Assembly (NCBI RefSeq): GCF_006345805.1 | Contig: NC_043001.1 | Span: 46,934,001 to 46,998,000 of the forward strand | Source: Octopus sinensis | Taxonomy: Eukaryota | Direction: 5' to 3' | DNA: 64,000 nt | In this document: positions 1-12,420 of the stretch, one piece after another | Numbering within the stretch: position 1 is the first letter of the stretch | How the letters are laid out: the number at the start of each line of letters is the position of its first letter | The notes under the pieces: model-generated | The model's database searches: none | Seen by the model: the letters and a program-made list of their open reading frames with translations, nothing else | Told to the model about the DNA's origin: nothing | Program-made: the position numbers and the translations under genes

Positions 1-689
1 TATATATGTATATATATATATATATATATAAACACACATGCACATATATATATATATATATAAAACAAATGGTAGAGACAGAAAATGGAATACATGGAAA
101 ACTTAATTGCTCACAATGATTATTGTGACACATCCTGTATCGATTCCTTGCAGGTGAAAAACTATACAGTTAGTGCATAATTTATTTAACAATTATTTAC
201 AGCATATTTTTCAGACCAACACATGTTTATATACGCACCACACAAATGCATTAATACATTTATGTATGACACTTCCTGTTTCTCTTCTTTCTTTTTTGCT
301 GTTTCTATGTTTTAATTCATATTTTTCTGTATGAAGTACACAAAAGTCATTACAGATAATCTACTTTCGTATATGCATGTACATGTGTGTGTGTGTGTGT
401 GTGTATGCATGCATGCTCATGCATCACTATTTGTTTTATCAGTTTCAGCTCAAAGCCCTGGCCATGCTGGTGCACCGCCGATAATAAAAACACACATACA
501 CTATAATGTATCTATTCATTCTAAAAATCTTCAGCCACATTCAAATCTATATATCTGATTGCCATTGTTTTTTAACATTGGAGAAAAGCTTCTCCTACAT
601 GCAATTCACAAGTGTAAAGGGACTTTGAAACACTGTAGAGTTTTGATAATTTTATTTGTCTCCTCAGCTTATCTTTTTCCCTGGCTCTT

Positions 690-830
690 TAAAACTTCAG
701 CAGTTTTCTCAAGATTCGCTTTGGATCTGTTTTCGACTCACGCTACCTTATGATATTCTATCTATCATTGATGAATCTAACAAGACCACAAATTATTTGC
801 TGAAGTATGCTGATGCCTGCCAAATAGATA
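690..830 (+). mobile_element. Small LINE RT fragment
   Basis: LLKYADACQI resembles the RT YADD motif region. Confidence 0.45.
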
Positions 831-1142
831 ATAATGCATGGGGTGCACCCAGAACTGCAAAAATCCAAGCAATAATGTATGTGTCCATTTAAAACTGGCA
901 GATTTAAATGTGGCTATCAGATTGCTAATTTCATTATTTGCACTCTACCTATATTTTACCCTACCTTTGGTATTCAAGTGCTAGTTTTTCCACTTTGTGT
1001 TACATTTATATGCTTGTATTTGGAAATCATTTTGAAAACAACAATGTGTGCCTAAGTAAATAGAACAGCATAAGTTTGCAGTTTTATTTTATTTGAAGAA
1101 CAAAAAGAGATCAATAAAAAAAAGAAGACATAATATACTCAC

Positions 1143-1346
1143 ACCATAAAATATTCCAAATTTTTTGGGAAGAGTGACATTCATAGACTTGGGAATATAT
1201 TTAGCCAAATTTGCAATAACAGGATCCTTATATCCCCAAATAATGTCACCAACAGTCAACGTCTTGAAGGGTTTGTCCATAAATGTGAGCAAATTTACAA
1301 GCGTTTTTATAGTTGCATTTGTGTATCTTACAAAATTGACCACAGT
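1143..1346 (-). CDS. CD36/SCARB-family coding exon 4; gene continues beyond the left edge
   Basis: Acceptor tttcag|ACT. 68 codons TVVNFVRYTNATIKTLVNLLTFMDKPFKTLTVGDIIWGYKDPVIANLAKYIPKSMNVTLPKKFGIFYG with the family F...TV.....WGY.DP and FG.FY motifs. Donor GGT|GTGAGT, phase 0. Confidence 0.95.
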
Positions 1347-1829
1347 CTGAAATGATCAAGTATTAGAAGACAGTATAAATCAGAAGTTTTATTATAAAAT
1401 AAAGCTTGAGAGTGTTAAAAGTGAACAGTTTGAAACTGTTCCTATGGCTTAAATATTGTGTAAACATGTAGGATTACATCAAATGTGCAATGCTCAGTTC
1501 ACACCCTCTTATTTGATTATATAACTGAAAGAAATATCTGATTTGAAATTTATCAAAAACTAAATAAAGTCAGAAAAATACTGCTCTACACATGTGATCA
1601 GTATTTGATATAACTATAATAGTTAGCCACTACTAACTACTATAGCCATTGTGACTAACTGTTGTAGATACTATTATAGATATTAGCCTGTAGTTCATAC
1701 TTTACTTGCAACTCTATCCTAATCACTCTTAGGAAAACTCTTCCCAATACCTTTTCTCCATACTCTGTTCTCACCACCATATACACATAATCACCATGTA
1801 TGAAAGATTTTCCAATCATTGTAACACAA

Positions 1830-3230
1830 TGAGGTGAGCGGCTGTGACAGAATTCCTCTCATACCCCTTAAATGCTCAAAAGAACTAACTCCTATCCTCA
1901 CCAAACTCCTCAAGATTCTATTACAGTGTTAATCCCTGGAAACATGCTACAATATCCAAACAGATTATTGACCAATCATATTCCACCACAAAACTGATGA
2001 TTTCAGTTGTCAATAATCTTTCTTCCTTGGGTATCTCTCCCTCCAAAGAAGGATATACTGGATATTTGTTCTCATTGTTAAGCGCTGGTCACTCACCCTT
2101 CAACAAGAACAATATCATTGCACTTGATGTAAGCAAAGATTTCAACCATATCTTGCATGAGAATCACCTGGAATATGGTTAATGTCCATCTCTCATTTCT
2201 TGGATCAGAAATTTTCTGCAAAATGGCAAAATTGTAGCATATGTCAATAGAATTCTCTCTCACCCACACTATTAATTTTTGATGTACCTCAAAAGATGCT
2301 GATATCTCTAACACACTTCCAACAGCATCAAGATATAACCACTAACAACACACATTAAAGAAACGGTTTTGAAAAATATATAATAAATATGCAATAAAAC
2401 CCTTAAAAATCACAACAAATGCTAGGCTTCACAATCTCAAATAATCTCTCATGGTAAACTTATATACATGTAACATTGCCAAAATAGCATCACAAGGACC
2501 AGGGTAAAGTAAAGATCCCTTTTGGTCATGAATGAACATGGGACTGCATCTAAAAGGCTCCCCTCCAAGGCACAAGTCCAGGCAAGATTGTTTATGGAAG
2601 ACCAGCAGTCACCCATGCATACCAGTCTCTCCTCTCCGTGCCACTGATGTTGTCCAAGGGAAAAGCAAAGACCAATACATCTTGGCACCTGTAGCATCAC
2701 AACTCATTTCTACAGCTGAGTGAACTAGAGCAATGTGAAATAAAGTGTCTTACTCACGAGCACTGCATACAACCAGGTCCAGGAATTGTAATCACTACTG
2801 CATGATTGTGAACCTGATGCTCAAACCACTGAGCCATGCACCATCACAGGGACTAGGTTTCCAAGAAATATTTTAGCCCTAATCAATTGCTGACCATCTA
2901 CAAGGACCTAGATTGGAGTCTTGCTCTACAAACTTCCAAGACAAAATCAAAAAGAAAACCATCTGATTGGCAGGAGCTCATAGATACGGAGTTACTTATC
3001 TCTCTCTTCTACTGGTTCTGCTTTTCTGAACTAACAAGCTTTCTACTAACAGTGTTTAGGTCCACCAGATGCATCTGATAGTTTCTGCAATATTTCACTC
3101 CAAAACTCACACTAAATACATTTACTCAATCATTCTTTTTATGAGCTGCACACTCCTGGAATTCTTTCTTTGCCCATGTTTTCTCCTGCATACACTGACC
3201 TACAGGTATTCAAACTAAAGATGAAATATA
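1830..3230 (+). mobile_element. CR1/Jockey-type LINE RT remnant interrupted by a SINE (~2440-2860)
   Basis: Degenerate ELTPILTKLL, IIALDVSKDFNHI, SLISWIRNFLQ and 3' LSLFYWFCFSELTSFL peptides. Boundaries approximate. Confidence 0.6.
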
Positions 3231-4097
3231 GTGATATCAGTAAAGAGAACAAAAATTAGTTGCTAAGTAGGAATTGCAGATAATATATACAAAACTGATT
3301 AATGATGGTTGGTGACAAATGAACAACAGCTCAATACGTTTTGACAGCAAGAACAGGTGAAATACAATTTCACCCATCAAAGAAAGTACACTGCTGCAAC
3401 AAGACCATTTTGCAGTTAGGTCAAATACTGCAATGAACATATGAGGTAACTTTAGAAAAACAGAGATACTGCCTTTCATCCTTTGACCAATTAATTAAAA
3501 TCTGATGTAGAATCTGATGCAAGGGTTGCTGTAGTAATATAAAAACATATGTTTATGTTGTTAGCTGTCCATAAATACAGTAACAGAGTTTTTATCATTG
3601 CTGTGCTTTTTTTTTTACCTTTTTCAATAAGATGTAGGATATGTTTTTTTCCCTAAAATTATAGTATCCCAACAAGGCCAAAGGTTTACTGGCAAGAATC
3701 AATAAAAGAGTAAAAGAAAATCACAATAAAATAAAGTGGATGGCATAATTGGTAGAACTTTGGGCAAAAAAAACCTTGTGGCATTCAGTTTGTATCCCTC
3801 TATGTTCTAAGTCCAAATTCTGTCACAGTTGACTGTGTCTTTCATCTTTCAAAAGTTAATCAAATAGGTACCACTGGGGGACAATATAGCCTTAACCTAC
3901 TAGCATTTAAACTGGCCATATCTGGCCAAAATATTCATGTACAAACTGCCCACATCTAGTCTCATACATCAACCCTATAATGTCATTCTAAAAATTAACA
4001 CTTACCTCATCAAAATCTTAAAGCTACAAGATAATGATAGCCTAGCAGGTGAAACCAGTAAATAAATAAATGAGTAAACCTTTATGAAGTAACATAC

Positions 4098-4236
4098 CAA
4101 AACTGGGAGGTTTGGTATAATGACAACATTAGATTCAGGTCCTGCAGACTTCTCTCTGTCAAAGATGTAGTATTTGTTTTCCCGATATGATACTGTACCA
4201 TTTTCTAGGACAACATCAACCTTTTCAATATGTTCC
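4098..4236 (-). CDS. CD36/SCARB-family coding exon 3
   Basis: Acceptor ttacag|G completes the AA|G Lys codon. Encodes EHIEKVDVVLENGTVSYRENKYYIFDREKSAGPESNVVIIPNLPVL (family NGTVSY and PNL motifs). Donor TTG|GTATGT; 139 nt. Confidence 0.95.
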
Positions 4237-4536
4237 CTGTAATTCAAGAAATTACCCAATTAGACAAAAAGCTGAGGATGAAAAGGGAGAAGAGGAATGG
4301 AGATAGAAAAAGAAAAGTGGGGAGAGACAAACGTGAGTGATAGTACATGCATGAGAGAGAAAGAAAATAGGCAGAACTGTATAGAAGGGAGGACAGAGCT
4401 GAAGTGCTACTGAGAGTGAGGAATGTGCTGAGAAGTTGATGAGAGAGAGAAAGAGAGAGAGAGAGAGTGTGTGTGTGAGAGAGAGAATGGTGTTATGAAT
4501 TAGAGTAGGATGAAGGAGAGAGAAGAAAGGAAGAAT

Positions 4537-4573
<37 letters not shown>

Positions 4574-4580
4574 AACCTAC

Positions 4581-4741
4581 TTGTATGTGTATGGGCCAGT
4601 TTCTGTAACTGAAGGGTTTGTCCCATTTTTCTGGATTGCTTCACTGTTGGTGTAGTTGAAGACATATACTTGGAAATATACAGGAATCGGAGGATTGAGC
4701 CAATTATTGAATGACTCTGAATTATTGGTTAAAGGCACTTG
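4581..4741 (-). CDS. CD36/SCARB-family coding exon 2
   Basis: Not in the ORF track; found by manual translation. Acceptor aatcag|, 161 nt, QVPLTNNSESFNNWLNPPIPVYFQVYVFNYTNSEAIQKNGTNPSVTETGPYTY(K), donor AA|GTAGGT, phase 2. Contains the family W..PP.P.Y...Y.FN.TN and GPY.Y motifs. Confidence 0.95.
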
Positions 4742-5202
4742 CTGATTGGATTAGTGCATTAATGGAAGAGAAAATAAAAAGTTTATTTTTGTGAATTGTT
4801 CATTATAAATATACATATGCTATATTACATAGTTTATTTTTGACAAAAAAAAAATGAAAACAGAACACACTCAATGTTTAGTATGTGTATGTATAAATAC
4901 TGGGTTGAAAAATATTCTTGGATGGAAAAAAAAAATCAAAGGCAGCTTTCATTATTTTCTATCCAAAAGGTTTTTTTCAACCCGATATTTACATGCTATT
5001 ATTTATAGTTTTACATGTACTTTGAATCCAATTCCAGAAAATAATTATTCCACATTCTCTCTCTCTCAAAAAAAAAACAAAACAAAACAAACATCCATCC
5101 ATCCATCCATACATCAGTAGTTCATATATCTGAAAAAGAAGCACTCTAAAACATTAGAGCAGTAATATATTGATAGAAGGGTGATTGTTATGGTTGGTCA
5201 GA

Positions 5203-5262
5203 GAATGACAATTGGTTTCACACCTAAAAAGCACTTAGCTGTATAGGTGACTCATCAGACTC
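5203..5262 (-). ncRNA. Minimal type-I hammerhead ribozyme motif (family A), intact core
   Basis: GAGU-CUGAUGA-GU[CACCUA..UAGGUG]U-GAAA-C-CAAUU-GUC-AUUC. Stem I is GAGU/AUUC; the putative cleavage site is after GUC (between 5207 and 5206). Confidence 0.7.
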
Positions 5263-5331
5263 AAATGAACAGAGGCACATATCCTCCCTACATGTTTTTC
5301 TTCCTCCGTTGTATAGAGATTGTGTGCTTTT

Positions 5332-5391
5332 GAATCTGATGAGTCATCTATACAGCTAAGCGTTTTATAGGTGCCAAACCAATGGTCACTC
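5332..5391 (+). ncRNA. Hammerhead motif (family A), degenerate partner
   Basis: GAAU-CUGAUGA-GU[CAUCUAUA..UAUAGGUG]C-CAAA-C-CAAUG-GUC-ACUC; G12 is absent (CAAA). Confidence 0.55.
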
Positions 5392-5577
5392 TCTGACTGG
5401 CCATAATAATGAACCTTCTAAATATCATCATCATCATCATTGTTGGGTTGGACAGTTTGACCGGGGTCTGGTAAGCTAGGAGGTTGCCAGGAGGCTCCAG
5501 TCTGATCTGGCAGTGTTTCTACAGCTGGATGTTCTTCCTTACACTAACTCAATAGGTCTCCTCAAGCAGTGTGTGTG

Positions 5578-5609
<32 letters not shown>

Positions 5610-6496
5610 ATATATATATCATCATCATCCTTTAACGTCCGCTTTCCATGCTAGCATGGGTTGGATGATTTGACTGAGGACTGGCGAACCAGATGGCTGC
5701 GCCAAGCTCCAATCTGATCTGGCAGAGCTTCCACAGCTGGATGCCCTTCCTAACTCCAACCACATATATACATATATATATATATATATATTGAGACCTT
5801 TGGAGATATGTTGTGCTTGAGAAGACCCAGCAAGCCAAGTGAGACTGTAACCATGGCCTATGCCAGTGCAGCATAACCAGCCTATTTAAGAGGACCCTTC
5901 AATCATTGGGCAATAAACTGTTGAGGCAAGTGAAGTTGTTGTCATGTCCGATGACAGTACTGCCTGATTGGCACCTGTACCGGTGGCACGTAAAAAGCAC
6001 CATTTGAGTGTGGTCGATGCCAGTGCTGCCTGACTGGTCCCATGTTGATGGCACATAAAAAGTACCATTCGAGCATGGTTCTTGCCAGTGCTGCCTGACT
6101 GCCTCCTGTGCCGGTGGCACATAAAAAGCACTATTCAAGCGTGGCCAATGCCAGTACTGCCGGATTGGCCCTTGTGCCGGTGGTATGTAAAAAGCACACA
6201 CTACACTCTTGGAGTGGTTGGCATAAGGAAGGGCATCCAGCTGTAGAAACTTTGCCAGATCGGATTGGAGCCTGGTGCAGCCTTCTGGCTTACCAGCCCT
6301 CAGTCAAACCATCCAGCGCATGCCAGCAAAGAAAGAGGACGTTAAATGACAATGACAATGATGATGATATATATATGTATATATTTATATATATATACAT
6401 AGTTAATCCAAACAAGAAAGCACAAAAAAACACAACGCGAGGATGTGGAACAAATATAGTATTATTGGACGCTCAGGAGAGAAGGAAAGAAGGAGG

Positions 6497-6531
6497 GTTT
6501 AACGTTTCGAGTGGAGCTCTTCGTCAGAAAC
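6497..6531 (-). ncRNA. Minimal hammerhead motif (family B) in a Penelope-like short repeat (~6400-6700)
   Basis: GUUU-CUGACGA-A-GAGCUCCACUC-GAAA-CGUU-AAAC. Perfect 4-bp stem I and palindromic AACGUU at stem III. Confidence 0.65.
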
Positions 6532-6702
6532 ATAGGAGAAGGAAAGATCCAGAGAAGGGAAGACAGAGGAAAAAAATCGCCAACGGTACACACGCAGTCA
6601 TATACAGATATATATATCATCATATAAAATACAAAATGGGACAAGAACACAAAACATCCGGATAACTAGGTAATACAAAAAGGGACAACAAAACATACAT
6701 GT

Positions 6703-6735
<33 letters not shown>

Positions 6736-7055
6736 CATACAGTAAATTTGACAAAAAGAATACGAGTTTGCCATGGAGCATGGAAAATCAGATATTTCAG
6801 ATAGAGTCCTTCCTCAGGGAAAAATTGACAGGAGTGAAATTAAAGAGAAACAGAACAGTTTTACATCATCTAAGAAAAACTGGTTGCAGTTGATAAGGAA
6901 CACAAAACCACTGGAGCTTCATACAGAGATGGGAAAGAAGCAGGAGAGTAAAACTGGACCAGTGATATAAAAGGAAAGAGGATGGAATAAGGAGAATAAG
7001 TAGGCAAACACTGCATGTATTTTAAACATTTTCATCATGCATTGGCCCCTTATGT

Positions 7056-7232
7056 GGAGGCGCAATGGCCCAGTGGTTAGGGCAGCGGACTTGCGGTCGG
7101 AGGATTGCGGTTTTGATTCCCAGACTGGGTGTTGTGTGTGTTTATTGAGAGAAAACACCTAAAAACCCCACAAGGCTCCAGCAGGGGGTGGTGGCGACCC
7201 CTATTGTACTCTTTTGCCACAACTTTCTCTAA
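7056..7232 (+). mobile_element. tRNA-derived SINE, 3'-truncated, with 15-bp target-site duplication
   Basis: A box TGGCCCAGTGG and B-box-like GGTTTTGATTCC; CATTGGCCCCTTATG at 7040-7054 and 7233-7247. Confidence 0.85.
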
Positions 7233-7726
7233 CATTGGCCCCTTATGGGTGAGACTGTACAAATAGTCATGGTGCATCATAAGGTGAAGACATGCCTTGT
7301 CAGGTGACTTGTCAACAAGTACCATGTTCTTTAATCACCATTTTGTTTATTTCAATTAGAATACATGCTGGTATACATGTGTTGGAATGAAGAACAGTTT
7401 TCTTAATACATGAAAGGCTTCTTTCAGTTTTTGTCTATCAAATACATTGATTAGAATTTACTTAGCCTGGAGCTATAGTAGAAGACCCTTGCCCATGATG
7501 GCATGCAGTGGGATTGAACCCAAAACCATGAGGTTGTGAAGCAAACTTCTTAACTATACAGCTATGCTTCTCCTGTTAACTTGATGCCATGTGGTGAGCA
7601 TAACTGGAAACTGTAACTCAGGCAACTGAACACAAATGTTCCCATAAGCATGGTTTCCTTTTCTGTGTCCCGAATGATCTCAGAATCTAATCACTCAGTC
7701 TCTGCAAATTGTCATCTTAGTATTAT

Positions 7727-9990
7727 GTGCATGGAATGATGCATTGTCATTCATGTGGATTCTCAGGCCACGCACCAACAATGAGGTTGCACAATACCCC
7801 TGATTTTGTACATTCTGATTGCAATCTGTTTGGCAAACTTCTTGCAGAAAAATGGGTGGAAAAGGTCATAGAGGTAGTTAGGGTCTGTGATAAAGTGCTT
7901 AAACTCAGGCTAGTCTTGTAGAATAGCATAGCTACAATTATCTCTGCCTATGCCCCGCAAGCAGGCCTACCAAATGAACAAAAGGACCACTTTTATGATA
8001 TTCTTCAACAGGCTACCTCAAACACGAGTGACAATGATCTCATTTTTGTACTGGAGATTTTAATGGGCATGTCGGCCAACAACCTGGTATCTTCCATGGT
8101 GTATATGGGAGCCATGGAATTGACACTCTCTGAAGAATGTACCCTCCAGCATAGACTAGTTATTAGTGACTTTAGACTCAAGGCCAGAAGGATGCCAAGA
8201 AGCAGACCAATCTGGAAAAGAAGGATTTGGAAAATTAAGAACCCTTCTCATGGTCAGAGATTTAGGGGCATCCTCATTGAGAAAAAATTGATGAGAGGGA
8301 GGAGGAGCTACAGACTTGTGACATAAAAGGCAACTGGGAATTCCTGCGAGACAGCTTGCTGAGTGTCACAGACCAAATTTGTGGCTGGTAAAAAGTCCCT
8401 TCCAGACCTAGGGTAATGTAGTACTGGAACAATACTGTACTGCCAAAGGTTGACCCAACTGAGGGACCAGCGACCCAAATTAACAGTACCCTGGTAGATA
8501 AAGCAATTAAGGATATGAAGACTGAGAAAGCCCCTGGCCCATCAGGAATCACTGTTGAGATGCTTAAAATATCTGTTGGTGTGGGTCTAGTCACCTATAT
8601 CGTAAATCAGGAAGTTCACGAAGGAGTCATACCCAATGACTAGTGTAGCAGCACCATAGTCAACTGCTACAAAAGTAAAGGGGATGCTTTAGACAGAAAT
8701 AACTACAGAGTTATCAAATTGCTGGATCAGGTGATGAAAGTTATGGAGAGGGTCATAGCCCAAGTGATTAAGGAGAAAGTTATCCTAGATGAGATGCAGT
8801 TTGGTTTTGTGCTAGGTAGAAGCACCACTGATTATCACCACTGTATTTCTGGTAAGGCAACTGCAGAAGAAATACCTAGCCAAAGATAAACCTCTGTACT
8901 TGACTTTTGTTGACTTGGAAAAATCCTTTGACAGGATCTCCCGATCCCTTATCTGGTGGTCAATGCAGAAACTAGGGATAGATGAGTGGTTGGTGAAAGC
9001 CATACAAACCCTGTACAGGGATGCTGTCAGTAAGATGAGGATTGGCAACGAGTATAGTGAAGAATTCCGGGTAGAAGTAGGAGTTCACCTAGGACCAGTC
9101 CTCAGCACCCTCTTATTCATCATAGTCCTCCAGCCAACAACATCTACGCTGATGCCCTTGCTCTAATAGCTGAGTCACTACCAGAACTAGAGATGAAGTT
9201 TCAGGTGTGGAAGCAACGTTTAGAATCGAAGGGCTTTAGAGTCAACCTAGCAAAAACAAAAGTCCTAGTAAGTAGGAAGGCAGACAAATCACAAACCCCT
9301 TCAGGTAGATAGCCCTGCTCAATCTGTAGAAAAGGCATGGGTAGAAACTCTATATGTACCTGATGTAAGCTACGGAGACATAAGAGGTGCAACAATGTAT
9401 GCAGCAGATGCACAGGGGCAATAAACACTGAAGATGTACAGAAAATAGATTCCATCACATGCCAGGGGAAAAAAAACTAGAAGTAGTTGATAGCTTCCAC
9501 AACCTAGGCAACCAAGTCTGTAGTGGTGGGTGGATCCTCTGAGAGCGTAGCTGCTAGAATAAGAATACCCTGGGCAAAGTTCAGAAAGTTCCTACCTCTG
9601 CTAGTGACAAAGGGCCTCTCACTCAGAATGAAAGGTAGACTGTATGATGCATTTGTGCAAACTGCCATGCTACATGGCAGTGAAGCATAGGCCATGACTG
9701 CTGAAGACATGTGTAGACTTCAAAGAAATTAAGCTAGTAGACTTCAAAGAAATTAAGCTGGATGCATAATATCAGTGAGCATACATGACAGAGTGTAAGT
9801 GTCCTAAGAGAAAAGTTGGACATAAGAAGCATCAGATGTAGTGTGCAAGAGAGACAACTGCACTGGTATTGTCATGTGTTGCATATGGATGAGGACAGCT
9901 GTGTGAAGAAGTGTCACACCCTAACGGTGGAAGGAACCTGTGGAAGAGTTAGACCCGAGGAGCACCATCCGAATGTGGTTGATGCTAGTG
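7727..9990 (+). mobile_element. RTE-clade LINE, degenerate (APE endonuclease + RT remnants)
   Basis: Fragments WVEKVIEVVRVCDKVLKLRLVL, IISAYAPQAGL, KAPGPSGIT, FVDLEKSFDRI..SLIWWSM, EEFRVEVGVHLGPVLS and RQLHWYCHVLHMDEDSCVKKC; many stops and frameshifts. Confidence 0.88.
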
Positions 9991-10194
9991 CACCCTAACT
10001 GGCTCCCATGCTGGTGGCACGTAAAAAGCACTCACTACACTCTTGGAGTGGTTGGTGTTAGGAAGGGCATCCAGCAGTAGAAACGTTGCCAGATCAGTTT
10101 GAAGCCTGGTGCTGTCTACTGGCTTGCTAGCATGGAAAGCAGACGTTAAACGATGATGAAGATAATAATAGATGAATGGATCGGTGGAGATATA

Positions 10195-10229
<35 letters not shown>

Positions 10230-10319
10230 TGGGAGCATACAGCATCAGAACTTGAAAATATACCACTAGAATTCTAGAGTTACTACATGTACATGTACCA
10301 AGGATCTGATGTCACACTT

Positions 10320-11150
10320 GAGCTATTTAATAACTTGAAATTCTTTGGATACAACAACCCACTCCCAAATGACATAGCTAAGGACATTAGAAAGTTAAGA
10401 GTTGCTAAAAATGTCATTGTACTTATTTTCTGATAAGATATGTACAAAGTTAATACTAATAAGTTTAATCAGCTAGTAATTAGTGTCACTAATAAGTACC
10501 AGAAAATTACTGATAAAACATATAACTCTACAAATAAATAAGCTAAGGCAATTGCAAAAACAGAAAAAAATCCATATAGATAACAGAGATGAGTTCTTAG
10601 CTAAATGTGAAGTAACTATAACATTAAGGGATCATAGTGCCAAGTTGATAAACAAGCCAAATTATAGGTTAATTAACCACATTAGAATTAAGTTAGAACT
10701 AACCACTAAAAAATATTCAAGAGACATAAAAATTAAGAAAAATATCAATCTACAACAATGGACCAATAGTACCTCAGAACTATCATGGATTAGGAATATT
10801 ACAAATAAGTTTCATGTTGGGTTTGCTCAAATTAATATTTTAGTTTTTTACTCTTCAATAGCTTGATCCCTGTAAATTAAAGCGTTAAGTTGTAAATGCA
10901 ATTTCACCAGCATTTTATTTGTAGAGTTATATGTCTTATTGGTAAAGTGATAATGTACGCACACAAGAGTGTGCTCTTCAGAAGCAGAGTGGCTTGGGAA
11001 CAAAAAAAGTTTGACTGCTGATCTATTTCTTGTCCTAATGGGATCATATGACTATGCTGACACATATGACTTAATCAGCTCATATACATTAGACCTCTTA
11101 AAATACAAATTACTAAATGCAATGTCTAGCTATACCAAGATGATGGTTTA
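10320..11150 (+). mobile_element. Penelope-like element RT remnant
   Basis: NKPNYRLINHIRIKL...INLQQWTNSTSELSWIRNI...FAQINILVFYSSI resembles the PLE RT N-terminus (RLINP.KSE...NQW.NT..V..WF...FD...FYPSI). Confidence 0.65.
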
Positions 11151-11186
11151 GTGGTGTCACATATATGCAAAAGCCATGCTTTAGAC

Positions 11187-12420
11187 CAGTGATTCTCAAA
11201 CTTTTCAAAAAATTTTACATGCCGGTCCCCTTACAGATTTTCAGATGATTCACAGTCCCCTATAAAATGCAGTATAATTAACATTAAAAAATTACATTCG
11301 TGTACTGTATTTTACGGACTATGAACCATACTGTCCATAAACCCGCAACCCTGAAAACCACAGCTTAATTCACACAATAGCCCATTAGGGTACCGTAAAT
11401 ACACATGAAAATATGGGGAATCAATTCTCATTTGGTCACAAAACAAATGAGAAAAGAAAACAGTCTGAAAATATCCCCAGCATCCTGTATTAACTGTGTA
11501 AGACCCATTTATGCCTATTTGGCAGAAAGAAACCACAGGTCATACACCAAAAATTACAGTGGTTCTCAAGTTTTTGACATCACCTTCCCCTTTCACCATG
11601 TTTTGGATGTTATTCTTCCCCATTGGCAGGTCATTCCTCATATTGATTATCCAAGAAGTGCACTTCAACCAATTTAGCTATTTTCGGCAGAAGAATTGCA
11701 ATAGCATCCCAAAATGTATAGAAGTTTCTGCCAGTTGGACCACTAGTATGCACAGAAAACCACAATTTTAGTAGAAACATTGTCTTCTTCACCTCTCATG
11801 AAGGTTTACCATCCCTTTTACTTGAATCCCAGATACATAACATGACATAAAAAAAAATTATATAAGAAATTATTAATTCACAAAAACAGATCATCTGTCA
11901 TTTTATTTACAGTAAAGTTTAGTGTGATGGATGTACTTGCTTTGCAGTCACCAGCTCTTCTGTATTTGGCTCTGTTTTGGAGAGGGCAACCCTCATATCT
12001 GGTGTGACACACAGTCAATTTTGTAACTTTGTTTTGATGGCAAGGAGAGTGGAAAACACAGTCTCACACTCATAGGTGGTTGGAAATGGCATCAGTACTT
12101 TAAGAGTCATCTTTGTGACATCAAGATATGACTGTGTCATTTCAATCCAAAAGTCAGAACAGCACAGTTCATGGAAAAAAAAAAAATTTGAACTGCCATC
12201 ATTAACCAAATCAATGAACTGCTTTTGAATTAAATTGTTTTCTGTAGACAGATTGCTAACAGAGAGTACAAATGGGTTCCTGATAAAGTGTCAGTATTTG
12301 TCAAAGTCATGAAGATCATGAAAATAAAAAGATATTTCCCTGCCAAGTATTGACATATGTTGTTTCATGAGTTCAACGATATTGTCATCGACTTGAAGCT
12401 TGTTTTCATCGATAGTGACT
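11187..12420 (-). mobile_element. hAT (Charlie/Buster-type) transposon 3' remnant
   Basis: TLKVLMPFPTTYECETVFSTLLAIKTK is the hAT dimerization motif (12015-12209). A CAGTGATTCTCAAA TIR-like end lies at ~11187. Confidence 0.75.

Noticed and set aside
1-1142. Next CD36 exon (expected YNNT/NGT..G-like segment)
   Set aside because: No matching peptide with splice sites was found by manual translation; it is presumably left of the window.
4252-4665. 137-aa ORF and similar ORFs (14751, 36607, 36758, 49295-49546, 25370, 61594)
   Set aside because: Translations of (GA)n, (TA)n, (CAT)n and (CAC)n microsatellites.
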